Source: an uncultured delta proteobacterium (GTDB taxonomy: Bacteria > Myxococcota_A > Polyangia > Fen-1088). Taken from it: a stretch of 64,000 nucleotides of DNA. The stretch is from contig CAVYGB010000010.1 in NCBI GenBank assembly GCA_963767925.1, positions 1,696,001 through 1,760,000 on the forward strand, written 5' to 3'. Shown piece by piece: positions 21,415-30,980 of the stretch (the first letter of the stretch is position 1; the number at the start of each line of letters is the position of its first letter). The notes below the pieces were generated by a model. That model saw only the letters and a program-made list of their open reading frames with translations. It ran no database searches and was not told the DNA's origin. Position numbers and translations under genes: made by a program.

Positions 21415-22326
21415 ATGACCGTTCACAGGCGCGATGTGTTGCTCGCCCCGGCCCTGGTGGCGCTGGCGGGCGAGCGGGCGATGGCGGCTCCGGCCAAGGG
21501 GGCGCGTCCCGGCCCGATCTGTCTGTTCTCCAAGCACCTGCCGAAGATGGCCCCCGGGCCGCTGGCCAAGGCGGTCAAGGGGCTCGGCTTCGCGGGCGTG
21601 GACCTCACGGTGCGCCCGGGCGGCCACGTGGCGCCCGCCGCCGTCGAGAGCGAGCTGCCCCGGGCGGTCGAGGCGATCCGGGCCGAGGGGCTGGCGGTGC
21701 CGCTGGTGACAACCGAGCTGGTCTCCGCCAAGGACCCCACCGCCCGGCCCATCCTGGCGGCGGCCGGAAAGCTGGGGGTGCCGCTGTTCAAGCCCGGCTA
21801 CTACAAATACGCCTACCAGGACGTCCAGCGCGAGCTGCGGGAGGCGGGCGCCTCGCTGCGGGGCCTGTACGAGCTGGGGCGCCGGTCGAAGGTGCAGCTC
21901 GGGTTCCACAACCACGGCGACTGCCTGGGCGGCCCGATCTGGGACGCCGCCCGCATCATCGAGCCGCTCGACCCGCGCTGGGCCGGCTACTACTTCGACA
22001 CGCGCCACGCCTTCGCCGAGGGCGGACAGAGCGCCTGGAAGGTGGCGACCCACCTGGTGGGGCCGCGGGTCAAGGCGGTGTCGGTCAAGGACTTCCACTG
22101 GGAGAAGACCGCCAAGGGCTGGGAGATCCGCAAGGTGCCGCTCGGCCAGGGCATGGTCGACGTGGCCGGCATCTTCGGCATCCTCGCCAAACATGGCTTC
22201 ACCGGGCCGATCTCGTTGCACCTCGAATACACGATCGAGGGCGGGGAGGACGCGGTGCTGGCGGCGGCCGAGCGCGACCTGGGCTACCTGCGCAAGAAGC
22301 TCGACGAGGTTTACGGCGCGGCCTGA
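21415..22326 (+). CDS. Sugar phosphate isomerase/epimerase (TIM barrel) with possible Tat signal
   Basis: FSKHL, GVDLTVRPGGHV, HNH, VKDF, PLGQG, SLHLEY; N-terminal HRRDVL. Confidence 0.8.
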   Translation: MTVHRRDVLLAPALVALAGERAMAAPAKGARPGPICLFSKHLPKMAPGPLAKAVKGLGFAGVDLTVRPGGHVAPAAVESELPRAVEAIRAEGLAVPLVTTELVSAKDPTARPILAAAGKLGVPLFKPGYYKYAYQDVQRELREAGASLRGLYELGRRSKVQLGFHNHGDCLGGPIWDAARIIEPLDPRWAGYYFDTRHAFAEGGQSAWKVATHLVGPRVKAVSVKDFHWEKTAKGWEIRKVPLGQGMVDVAGIFGILAKHGFTGPISLHLEYTIEGGEDAVLAAAERDLGYLRKKLDEVYGAA

Positions 22327-22376
22327 GCTACAGCGGAGCCTTCTCGCCCGGTCCTTCGCCGACGGGGCGGCAAGCG

Positions 22377-22433
22377 CCCCTCACCCTTCCCTCTCCCCTC
22401 GGCAGACCGCGGGGAGAGGGCAAACAATCAGCG
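22377..22433 (+). repeat. CCCTCACCC-type REP-like repeat
   Basis: CCCCTCACCC-CCCTCTCCCC...GGGGAGAGGG-CAAACAATCAGCG. Confidence 0.75.
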
Positions 22434-22481
22434 GGGGTCGAGCTGAACGGCGTCAGCGCAGGGCCTCCTCGGGTCCGGTAG

Positions 22482-22960
22482 TCAACGCGGCGTCGCCTCG
22501 GGGTTGGCCGCTAGCAGCTCGATCTCGGCGAGGGTGAGGGGGCCGGGGCGCCGGCGGATCTGCAGGCGGTAGCGGGTGTACGGGCCGGAGCGGGCGATCT
22601 GGAAGGGGCGGGCCTGGCGGCGCCAGGGGAAACGTTCGCCCCGCCTTGTGTCGATCGGGATCCAGGTCGTGCCGTCGGTGGATCCTTGCAGCGTCCAGGC
22701 CTGCCGGCCGCGCCCCGCGGCCTGGCCGGAGGTCAACGTGTAGAAGGTGGCGGGCGCAGGCGAGGAAGTGCCGGCGATGCCGGTGGGCGCGGGGCCGCGC
22801 ACGCCGGAGGCCCGGCGCTGCCCCCGGGCGTCGCGGTCGACCGCGCCGTGGGCAGGCTGGGGATCGCCCGGCTCGAAGGAGGAGAAGAAGGCGTCCGCCG
22901 CGCGGCCCCGGCGGCCAGGACCCCGGCGCATCCCATCGCGAGCGCGGCTGCTGCTTTCAC
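22482..22960 (-). pseudogene. Short, frameshifted remnant with signal peptide and F5/8-type (discoidin-like) module
   Basis: MKAAAALA.. leader, shift into AADAFFSSFEPGDPQP, then YTLTSG..WTLQGSTDGTTW..ID.R.GE.F.WR..R.F..Y..YRL. Confidence 0.5.
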
Positions 22961-23162
22961 GGCGCCAGGGTATCAGCCCCGGGGGCGGCCGCGCCGATCC
23001 GGCGCGGTGGTCGGGACGGGCGCGGGAGGGTTGCCGCCGGGTTTGCCGGGGCCGGCGGGCGCCACACCCGGCGCGTCGAGAACGGGAGAAGGTCCCCTGA
23101 GTTTGCAGGATCTTCGCGGCGGGGCCGGTGCCGGAAGCTGTGCGCTGCAGTACTATCCGAAC

Positions 23163-24278
23163 ATGAGCATGAGCCAGCCTGGTTCTGCCACGGCGCGCCC
23201 ACTCTATTTCGTGAACGCGCCGGTCGACTTCGCGTTCATCGGCGGGCTCTCGATCCTGACCTTCCTGGTGTTCTACTTCCTGGGGGCCGGGCGCGCGCAG
23301 CCGATGGGCCGGGAGACAACGCTTGTCGCGGCGGCGGCCCTGGCCTGGGTCATCAACTGGCCCCACTTCTCGGCGACCAGCTATCGCCTCTACCACACGC
23401 GCAGCAATCTCGATCAGTACCCGGTCACCGCGCTGGTCATCCCGGTGCTGCTCACGGTGACGGTGGTGGGCGCGTTCCTGTCGCCGCAGGGGGTGGCGCC
23501 CTGGCTGGTGAAGATGTTCGTGATCTGGTCGCCCTATCATTTCAGCGGGCAGACCCTCGGCATCTCCCTCATCTACGCGCGGCGGGCAGGCATCCGGATC
23601 GGGCGCTGGGAGCGGCTGGCGCTGTCGGGGTTCATCTTCTCCACCTTCCTGGTGCAGACCGCGGTGACCGAGGCCGGTCAGGGACTGGGCAGCTTCTACA
23701 CGGTGTCGTACCCGACGCTGGGGCTGCCGGGCTGGGTGCCGGACCTCCTGCGGATCTGGATGTGGGCCTGCGCGGCGGCGGTTGTCTTCTTCTACGTGCG
23801 CTGGAGCCGGCAGGCGGGTCGGCTGGCGCCGCCGATCCTGCTGCTGCCGGCGGTGGCGCAGTTCGTGTGGTTCGGACTGGGCTGGAGGGTGCCGGCCTTC
23901 AACGAGTTCGTGCCCTTCTTCCATGCGCTGCAATACATGCTGATCGCCTGGGTCATGCAGGTGGGCGAGACGCTGACCGCGAAGGCCCCGGCCGACCGGC
24001 GGCGGTTCGTTGTCGGCGAGAGCCTGCGCTGGGGCGCCTTCAACCTGGTGGGGGGCATCGTGCTGTTCTGGCTGCTGCCCCGGGCCGGGCAGATGGGTGG
24101 GTTCACCTTGCCCTTCGCCACCGCGGTCGTGATCTCGGCGGTGCAGATCCACCACTTCTTCGTCGACGGCGTGATCTGGAAGCTGCGCAACCCCAAGGTG
24201 GCCTCGCCGCTGCTGTCCAGCGTGAGGGGCCTCATCTCCGGGCCCCCGCCCGCGCCGGTCGCGATCAAGGCAGCCTGA
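23163..24278 (+). CDS. Polytopic membrane protein with four His motifs (putative metal-binding enzyme)
   Basis: Many TM helices; NWPHFSAT, YHFSGQ, FHALQY, IHHFFVDGVIWKLR. Confidence 0.75.
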   Translation: MSMSQPGSATARPLYFVNAPVDFAFIGGLSILTFLVFYFLGAGRAQPMGRETTLVAAAALAWVINWPHFSATSYRLYHTRSNLDQYPVTALVIPVLLTVTVVGAFLSPQGVAPWLVKMFVIWSPYHFSGQTLGISLIYARRAGIRIGRWERLALSGFIFSTFLVQTAVTEAGQGLGSFYTVSYPTLGLPGWVPDLLRIWMWACAAAVVFFYVRWSRQAGRLAPPILLLPAVAQFVWFGLGWRVPAFNEFVPFFHALQYMLIAWVMQVGETLTAKAPADRRRFVVGESLRWGAFNLVGGIVLFWLLPRAGQMGGFTLPFATAVVISAVQIHHFFVDGVIWKLRNPKVASPLLSSVRGLISGPPPAPVAIKAA

Positions 24279-24294
24279 GGTGGGCCTTCGATCG

Positions 24295-25263
24295 ATGAGA
24301 CGGGTCGGCTGGCTGGCGCTCGGCCTGCTGGTCGTGGGGGTGCTCCCGGCGATGGTCCACGCGCAGCAGGCCGCGCGCCCGAGCCCCCGGCTGGGCGACG
24401 AGCGCATCTTGCTCCGGACCAACCGGGGCGACCTGGTGCTGGCCCTCTATCCCGACGCCGCCCCCCGCACCAGCGCCCAGATCCTGCGGCTGGTCCGGCT
24501 GGGGGTCTACGACTCCACCTGGTTCCACCGGGTCGAGCCGGGCTTCGTCGTCCAGCTCACCAACGCCGAGAACCGCAAGCAGCCGCTGTCGCCCGAGCAA
24601 CGCCAGGCGATCGTCAAGCTGCCGGCCGAGCTGTCGGCGCTGCCCCACCGGGCGGGCGTGCTGTCGATGGCCCGCCAGAACGACGACCTGAACAGCGCCG
24701 AGACGTCGTTCTCGATCCTGCTCGGCCCGGCGCCCCACCTCGACGGCAAATACACGGTCTTCGGCCAGGTCGAGTGGGGCCAGCCGCTGCTCGGCTTCGT
24801 CGCGGCCGAGCCGCGCACCGACAAGAACGCGCCGGTGCACGAGCTGGTCGTCGAGTCGGCGGTGGTGAAGACCGACGCGGAGATCGCCGCCCTGATCCGC
24901 GCCGGGGAGCTGCGCCGGGCCAGCCCCCTGCCGGAGGCAGCCCCGGGCTCCGGGCGGGTCGAGCGAGCGCCCGAGCTGTCCGGGGGGCTGTCGACCCTGG
25001 CCCTGGTGGCCGTCATCTTGATGCTGCTGTGCAACCTGGTAGCGTTCCTGTTCGGCAACCGCTGGCCGCCGCAGACGCGGGGGGCCCTCAACCTGCTGCC
25101 CGTGTTGATCGGGTTCTTCCTGCTGCTGTCGGAGCTGGGGCCGCGGGCGGCGCGGGTCCCCTTGCTCGGGGTGGCCCTCTTCTTCGGGGTCGTGGGGCTG
25201 TTCAAGCTCATGAACCGCTTCGAGAGCGCACCCCCGCCGAGCGATTGGCCCGCCGCCAAGTGA
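24295..25263 (+). CDS. Exported cyclophilin-type peptidyl-prolyl isomerase with C-terminal TM helices
   Basis: Signal peptide; FHRVEPGFVVQ, GVLSMAR, SAETSFSILLGPAPHLDGKYTVFG; three hydrophobic segments at the C-terminus. Confidence 0.85.
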   Translation: MRRVGWLALGLLVVGVLPAMVHAQQAARPSPRLGDERILLRTNRGDLVLALYPDAAPRTSAQILRLVRLGVYDSTWFHRVEPGFVVQLTNAENRKQPLSPEQRQAIVKLPAELSALPHRAGVLSMARQNDDLNSAETSFSILLGPAPHLDGKYTVFGQVEWGQPLLGFVAAEPRTDKNAPVHELVVESAVVKTDAEIAALIRAGELRRASPLPEAAPGSGRVERAPELSGGLSTLALVAVILMLLCNLVAFLFGNRWPPQTRGALNLLPVLIGFFLLLSELGPRAARVPLLGVALFFGVVGLFKLMNRFESAPPPSDWPAAK

Positions 25264-25300
25264 GGCCGATGCGCCGGGCTCGGCTGCGCACGGCGGGGGC

Positions 25301-25909
25301 CTACTGGACGGCCGGCTGGAGCAGGGCGGGCGCCACCTGGACGGTGAACCCCTCGGCCTGCTGCTCGTAGACGTTGCCTTCGTAGGAGAAGCCGGCCTCG
25401 GCCCAGCCCCGGCAATAGCCGCGGAAGAAGTCCCGCCCGCTGGCCTGGTCCCGCTCGTATTGCCAGGCGTGGAACAGCTCGTGCGCCAGGGTGACGAGCT
25501 GGCCGTCCCAGCCTTCGTTCAGCGGCGCCGTCAGGAAGATGTCGCGCCCGAAGGTCTGGCCGGAGAAGCCCCAGGACAGCCGCTCGCCGCTCACGAAGGT
25601 CTCCCCGGCCAGCAGCGCGCCGTAGTGGATCGCCACCCGGTCGACGAGGTCCCCGAAGAACGGGCGCAGCCGGTGCTTCTGGTACGCGGTGAGCGCCTGG
25701 CCGGGGCCGTTGGCGAGGTGCACCTGGGCCGAGGCGCTGACCGCCGCCGTCCGGCAGGTCTCGGTGGCCGCCGCGCAGGTCGCCACCTGGGCGAGGCAGT
25801 CGGCCTGATACCAGCGGCAGCGCGCTTCACAGGTCAAGGCCTCCGCCGGCGCGGCCCGCAGGGCCAGGGCACACAACATGGCCGGGAGGAGCAAGAGCAG
25901 CTTCTTCAT
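25301..25909 (-). CDS. Secreted Cys-rich DUF4157-like zincin protein
   Basis: RBS AAGGAG, signal peptide, GQTFGRDIF, LAHELFHAWQ (HExxH), YEGNVYEQQA. Confidence 0.7.
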   Translation of the reverse strand: MKKLLLLLPAMLCALALRAAPAEALTCEARCRWYQADCLAQVATCAAATETCRTAAVSASAQVHLANGPGQALTAYQKHRLRPFFGDLVDRVAIHYGALLAGETFVSGERLSWGFSGQTFGRDIFLTAPLNEGWDGQLVTLAHELFHAWQYERDQASGRDFFRGYCRGWAEAGFSYEGNVYEQQAEGFTVQVAPALLQPAVQ

Positions 25910-26134
25910 GGTGTCTCCTTGTGAGGCGCTCACCGCCTCGCTGGCCAGGTTCAATCGACCGACCCGCTGCCAACCCTAGTTGCGATCGGGCGCCACCTCC
26001 CTGACCCTGGCCGGACTGGATCGTGAGTACAATGCCGTGTCGGGCTCAGCGTCAAGCTCTCTCTGCGGCCGCCGGACGCCGGATGCTTCCGCGGCCCGGA
26101 CCGCCCGGGCGGTCACCGGACGGGACACCCCCGG

Positions 26135-26929
26135 TCAGGTGGCGAGCGCCGCCTCGAAGGCCTCGACGAGGCCGCCGGCGTCGACGTGGCCCACGCACAG
26201 CCGGGCGAGGCGCTGCACCTCGGGCTCGGCGTTGCCCATCGCCACCGGAAAGCCGACGACCCGCAGAGCGGCGGCGTCGTTGTCGGCGTCCCCCACGAAC
26301 ATCACGTCGGCCAGGGGCAGGTCGTAGGCGGCGGCGACGGTCCGCACGCCGCTGGCCTTGCTGACCCCGAGGGGCGTGAAGTTGACGAAGGTCGCCTCGG
26401 GCATGACCGGCGAGGTGGAGGAGGACACCTCGAGCCCGGGATGGGGCTCGCGCAGGACCAGGGCGGCGTCGGCCCGGGTCAGCACCCACTGGGCCCGCAC
26501 GACCGGCCAGGCGATCGCCTCGTACGGGCGGGGTGAAAACGGGACGCCGAGCAACCCGGCGTGGTCGCGGGCGAGGTCGCCGGTGCTCTCGACGGCGTAG
26601 TCCGTGTCCCCGTACAGCTCGAGCGCGCGGCCGGTCTCGCGGGCCCGCGCGATGAGCGAGGCGAGGACCTCGGGCGCCAGCCGGGCCGAGCGCGACGTCC
26701 GATCGGGCAGGTGCACGACGCTGGCCCCGTTCTGGAAGATGTGCCACCCCTGCGGGTCGAGGCGGGCGGCGTACTCCGCCGTCACGCCGAACCCGGGGCG
26801 GCCCGAGCTGATGGCGAGGCGCACCCCCCGGTTACGCACCCGCTCGGCCGCGCTCCAGACCGCGGGCAAGACGGTGTTCGACGTGCCAACCAGGGTGCCG
26901 TCCACGTCGACGCAGATGAGGCCGATCAC
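26135..26929 (-). CDS. Cof-type HAD-IIB hydrolase
   Basis: DVDGTL, SGR, QNGA, GVSKASG, GDADND, AMGNA. Confidence 0.92.
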   Translation of the reverse strand: MIGLICVDVDGTLVGTSNTVLPAVWSAAERVRNRGVRLAISSGRPGFGVTAEYAARLDPQGWHIFQNGASVVHLPDRTSRSARLAPEVLASLIARARETGRALELYGDTDYAVESTGDLARDHAGLLGVPFSPRPYEAIAWPVVRAQWVLTRADAALVLREPHPGLEVSSSTSPVMPEATFVNFTPLGVSKASGVRTVAAAYDLPLADVMFVGDADNDAAALRVVGFPVAMGNAEPEVQRLARLCVGHVDAGGLVEAFEAALAT

Positions 26930-27207
26930 CGGGCGAGCATAGCGGCGCCGGCCGCCGGCCGCGACGCCGCTCGCCCATCGCTGAAAGAAAAAAGAGACGG
27001 CCCCCGCCGGGGGCGGCAGACGCCCCTCGAAGGGCTCGATCAGGCTGCCCCCGTCGCCGTCCCGCAGAAGCAGTCGAAGGGGTCGTTCCCGGCGCAGTGG
27101 TCGTCGAGCCGGCCTTCGACTGCGAGAGGACGGCCTTCGTTTTTCGGAGGTTTCGGGTCAGTCCTGACGCGATTTGCAGAAGCGAAACCAGCGGGTAGCA
27201 TTTCCCG

Positions 27208-29622
27208 ATGTCCTCGTGGCTCCCGTGGGTCCTGGCGGCTTCCTGGGTCGCGTCAGCGGGCTGCACGCGCCCGCCCCAACCGGGGCCGGCGGCGCCCCTC
27301 CTGGCGTCGGCCGCGGGGGCGCCGTTCGCCCAGCCCGCCAGCAGCGCGCCCGCCGCGTCGGGCGTGCCATCGGTCGATCCGGAGCGCTTCAGCGCCCTGC
27401 TGATCAACGGGGGCGGCTCGCCCGATCAGAACTACCAGTCGCACCTGCTGCACGTGCAGGAGCTGACCCGGCTGCTGGTCCAGGGGGGGTTGCCGCGCTC
27501 GCGCATCACCATCCTCGCCAGCGACGGCGCCGATCCCGGCCGCGATCTGGCGGTGCGCGCGGTGCAGCCGGAGCGGGAGTTCTGGCAGCTCGAGGGGACC
27601 CCCTTCGAGGACCACCTGCGCACGCCCATCGAGCTGGCCAACTCCCGGGTGCCGGACATGGCGCTGCTGCCGGCCACCGAGGAGGCGCTCGGGCGCTGGT
27701 TCACCACCACCGGCAGCAAGCTGCGCGCGGGCGACACCCTCCTGCTCTACGTGACCGACCACGGCACCCCCGACCCCCGGCAGGCCCGGGCGGGGGCGAA
27801 CGAGGCCGGGCCCCGCCCCGCCTGGAACAACCGCATCTCGATGTGGGGTCGGGGCGCCCACCTCACCGTCGACGAGCTGGCGGCCTTGCTGGGCCGGCTC
27901 GACAAGGGCGTGCGGGTCGTGGCGCTGATGTCCCAGTGTTTCTCCGGGGGCTTCGCCCGCCTCCACCAGAGCCGCCCGCCCGGCGGGGGCGGCGGTGGGT
28001 TCTGCGGGTACTTCTCCTCGACGGCCGACCGACCGGCGTACGGCTGTTACCCCGAGAACATGGACAAGAACAACGTCGGCCACTCGTTCCACTTCTTCGA
28101 CGAGCTGGCCCGCGGCCGGTCGCTCGACGCCGCCCACCAGGAGGTGTTGACCACCGACCGCACCCCCGACGTCCCCCTGCGCACCTCGGACGTCTTTCTC
28201 CAGGAGGTGCTGGCCCGCGCCGCCGCCGCCGCCCGGCAGCCGCTGGCCGCCTTCACCGATCAGCTCCTGGTGGAGGCCTGGAAGGACCGCAAGGCCTGGG
28301 AGCCCGACCTCCGCCTGCTCGACCGGGTGGGCGCCACCTTCGGGATGTGGAGCCCGCGCAGCTTCGCCGAGCTCGACGAGCAGGCGGGGGACCTGCCCAC
28401 CTTCGCCCAGACCATCTCCGAGCTGAAGGAGGCCTGGGCCGATGGCCTGTCGGACGTGAACGTCGCCCGGCTGGGCCGCCTGGGCGAGATGCAGCCGCAG
28501 TGGCAGGTCCGCCTCAGCCCCGACCGCCTCACCACCTTGCCCGAGCGGGAGCGGCGGGCGCTCACGGGCGAGCTGCTGGCCGCCCTGGAGAAGCTCGAGC
28601 TCGGCCGGGATCGGCTGACCGCCCTGCACGAGCGGAGCACCCTGACCTCGGCCATCGACTACCGGATGGAGGTGCGCACGGGGGTGCTGCTGCGGCTGCG
28701 CACCTTGCTCGAGGGGGTCGCCGGCCGGGTCCTGCTGGCCCGCCCCGGGCGGGAGAAGGAGCGCCAGGCCTACCTCGATCTGCTGGCCTGCGAGGCCTTG
28801 CGCCTGCCGGGCACGCCCGCCGCCGCCCCCGCGCAGGTGGCCGCCCGCGAGCCCTTCCCCTCCTTCCAGGACGACGTGAAGCTGGCCCGGACGGTGGTCC
28901 CCACCTTCATCGGCATCCGCTTCGAGGGGACCAACGGTGTCCAGCAGAAGAAGTTCGGTCTGCCGCGCGGCTCGGCGCTCATCCAGAACGTGTTCCCCGG
29001 CTCACCGGCGCAGAAGGCGGGGCTGTTGCCCGGCGACGTCATCGTCGGCCTGCCGGGCCGGCCCTTCGACATGTACAACGAGGTGCGGATCTGGACCTAC
29101 TTCGCGGCGGCCGGCACGCCCCAGACCCTGGAGGTGCTCCGCGACGGGGATCGCCAGCAGGTCACGATCGTCCCCCAGCCCCGGCCGGGCCAGCTCCCCT
29201 CCTTGCCCGAGCCGACCCGGGCCGGCCAGCCCGCGCAGTCGCTCTCGGTGGCGCCCTTCCGGGGCCAGGTCCCGGCCAAGCTCGACGGCGGGTCCCCGCA
29301 TCTGCTGCTGTTCTGGGCGACCTGGTGCGGCCCCTGCAAGGCCTCCTTGCCCGAGGTGATGGCCTTCTCCCGGGCCCGGGGCATCCCGGTGGTGGCGATC
29401 ACCGACGAGTCGCCCGAACAGGTGCGCGATTTCCTGGCGGGCTGGAAGAAGCCCTTCCCCGAAAACGTCGCCCTCGACGAGCTCCGCCGGACCTTCATCC
29501 GCTACGGCGTGAGCGGGGTGCCCACCTTCGTGATGGTGGACGGCACCGGCAAGGTGGAGAGCCACGTCTCCGGCTACGGCGCCCAGGGGATCGGGGTGCC
29601 CGGCTGGCGCTTCAAGCCGTGA
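27208..29622 (+). CDS. Putative lipoprotein: clan CD (caspase/legumain-like) peptidase + PDZ + TlpA-like thioredoxin
   Basis: ASAGC lipobox-like; YVTDHG and MSQCFSGGF dyad motifs; GSPAQKAGLLPGDVI; FWATWCGPC and GVPT. Confidence 0.8.
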   Translation: MSSWLPWVLAASWVASAGCTRPPQPGPAAPLLASAAGAPFAQPASSAPAASGVPSVDPERFSALLINGGGSPDQNYQSHLLHVQELTRLLVQGGLPRSRITILASDGADPGRDLAVRAVQPEREFWQLEGTPFEDHLRTPIELANSRVPDMALLPATEEALGRWFTTTGSKLRAGDTLLLYVTDHGTPDPRQARAGANEAGPRPAWNNRISMWGRGAHLTVDELAALLGRLDKGVRVVALMSQCFSGGFARLHQSRPPGGGGGGFCGYFSSTADRPAYGCYPENMDKNNVGHSFHFFDELARGRSLDAAHQEVLTTDRTPDVPLRTSDVFLQEVLARAAAAARQPLAAFTDQLLVEAWKDRKAWEPDLRLLDRVGATFGMWSPRSFAELDEQAGDLPTFAQTISELKEAWADGLSDVNVARLGRLGEMQPQWQVRLSPDRLTTLPERERRALTGELLAALEKLELGRDRLTALHERSTLTSAIDYRMEVRTGVLLRLRTLLEGVAGRVLLARPGREKERQAYLDLLACEALRLPGTPAAAPAQVAAREPFPSFQDDVKLARTVVPTFIGIRFEGTNGVQQKKFGLPRGSALIQNVFPGSPAQKAGLLPGDVIVGLPGRPFDMYNEVRIWTYFAAAGTPQTLEVLRDGDRQQVTIVPQPRPGQLPSLPEPTRAGQPAQSLSVAPFRGQVPAKLDGGSPHLLLFWATWCGPCKASLPEVMAFSRARGIPVVAITDESPEQVRDFLAGWKKPFPENVALDELRRTFIRYGVSGVPTFVMVDGTGKVESHVSGYGAQGIGVPGWRFKP

Positions 29623-29691
29623 GGTCGCGGAAAACGAGCGGCTGACCGGGCGCGACCCATCTTGAACGGCATGTCTGCAACGGGGGGATCC

Positions 29692-30537
29692 ATGGAACGC
29701 CGGTCCTTCGCCCGGTTGGCCACCGAGGTGTCGGTGATCGGACAGGGCACCTGGGAGGTCGAAAACGACGATCACACGTCCGTGGTGGCGGCCCTGCAGC
29801 GGGGCCTCGATCTCGGCATGAATCACATCGACACCGCCGAGATGTACGGCCGGGGCGTGTCCGAGCAGCTCGTCGGCGCCGCCATCGCCGGCCGGCGCGA
29901 CGGGGTCTTCCTGGTCTCCAAGGTGCTGCCGGAGAACGCTTCCCGGCGCGGCACCGTCGAGGCCTGCGAGCGGTCGCTGGCCCGGCTGGGCACCGATCGG
30001 CTGGATTGCTACCTGCTGCACTGGCGGGGCCGCCACCCCCTCGAGGAGACCATCGCCGGCTTCGAGCAGCTCGTGCGCGACGGGAAGATCCGGAGCTGGG
30101 GGGTGAGCAACTTCGACAGCGACGACCTCGACGAGGCGCTGGAGATCGCCGGGGCTGGCCGCATGGTCTGCAACCAGGTGCTGTACCACCTGCGCGAGCG
30201 GGGCATCGAGCACCGGGTGGTGCCCTGGTGCGAGGCGAACGGGGTGGCGGTGGTGGGGTACAGTCCGTTCGGGCACGGCGACTTTCCCGCGGCCGGCAGC
30301 CCGGGGGGCAGGGTGCTCGAGGAGATCGCGCGGGCCAGGGGGGGCACGGCCCGGCAGGTGGCGCTGCGCTTCCTCACGCGGCGGGCGTCGCTGTTCGCGA
30401 TCCCGAAGTCGTCTTCGCGGAGGCACACCGAGGAGAATGCGGGGGCGGGGGGGGTTGCGTTGACGGCGGAGGAGGTGGCCCGGATCGACGGGGCTTTTCC
30501 GCTCGGGCGCCCGCCGGCGGAGTTGCCGATGTTGTGA
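29692..30537 (+). CDS. Aldo/keto reductase
   Basis: IGQGTW, IDTAEMYG, YLLHW, WGVSNF, NQVLY, YSPFG, IPKS. Confidence 0.93.
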   Translation: MERRSFARLATEVSVIGQGTWEVENDDHTSVVAALQRGLDLGMNHIDTAEMYGRGVSEQLVGAAIAGRRDGVFLVSKVLPENASRRGTVEACERSLARLGTDRLDCYLLHWRGRHPLEETIAGFEQLVRDGKIRSWGVSNFDSDDLDEALEIAGAGRMVCNQVLYHLRERGIEHRVVPWCEANGVAVVGYSPFGHGDFPAAGSPGGRVLEEIARARGGTARQVALRFLTRRASLFAIPKSSSRRHTEENAGAGGVALTAEEVARIDGAFPLGRPPAELPML

Positions 30538-30547
30538 CGGGGGCGGA

Positions 30548-30811
30548 CGCCGAAGACCCCTCACCCCTCACTCTCCCCGCTGCCGCGGGGCGAGGGCGAA
30601 CAATCAGCGAGATGCCACGATCCTTGTTCGAGGGGGAGAGCCGCGGTGGATTCGTCCGAGGGCTCGGCTTCCCCGCTGCCCGTTCGCCCTCGCCCCGCGA
30701 AGCGGGGAGAGTCTTCGTGACGCCGGAGACGGCCTCACCCCCACGGACGGAAATGGTGAGATCAGTGATCTCGAGCGGTTACGGCCCGATTTCCATAGCA
30801 GGGGTCTTCGG
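30548..30811. repeat. Inverted REP-like doublet; right copy disrupted
   Basis: Left copy 30557-30609; right hairpin 30682-30712; AGGGGTCTTCGG at 30800-30811 is the exact reverse complement of 30550-30561. Confidence 0.65.
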
Positions 30812-30815
30812 GCGA

Positions 30816-30980
30816 CTGGTCCCCTGGAACGGTGAAGGCTTGCATATGTCGGCGAGGCATCTTCGTTCCTGGCAAGGCGCGAGGAGGGCGAATACCGGGC
30901 GTATTTAACCGACGAGCAACGCAGCCAGGGACGAAGAGGACCGGCGAGATACGCAAGAAATCACCGTTCCAGGGGACTAG
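30816..30980. mobile_element. Palindromic MITE-like element, family A, copy 2 (inverted)
   Basis: Reverse complement of 38-202 with two internal substitutions; ends CTGG/CTAG. Confidence 0.85.
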
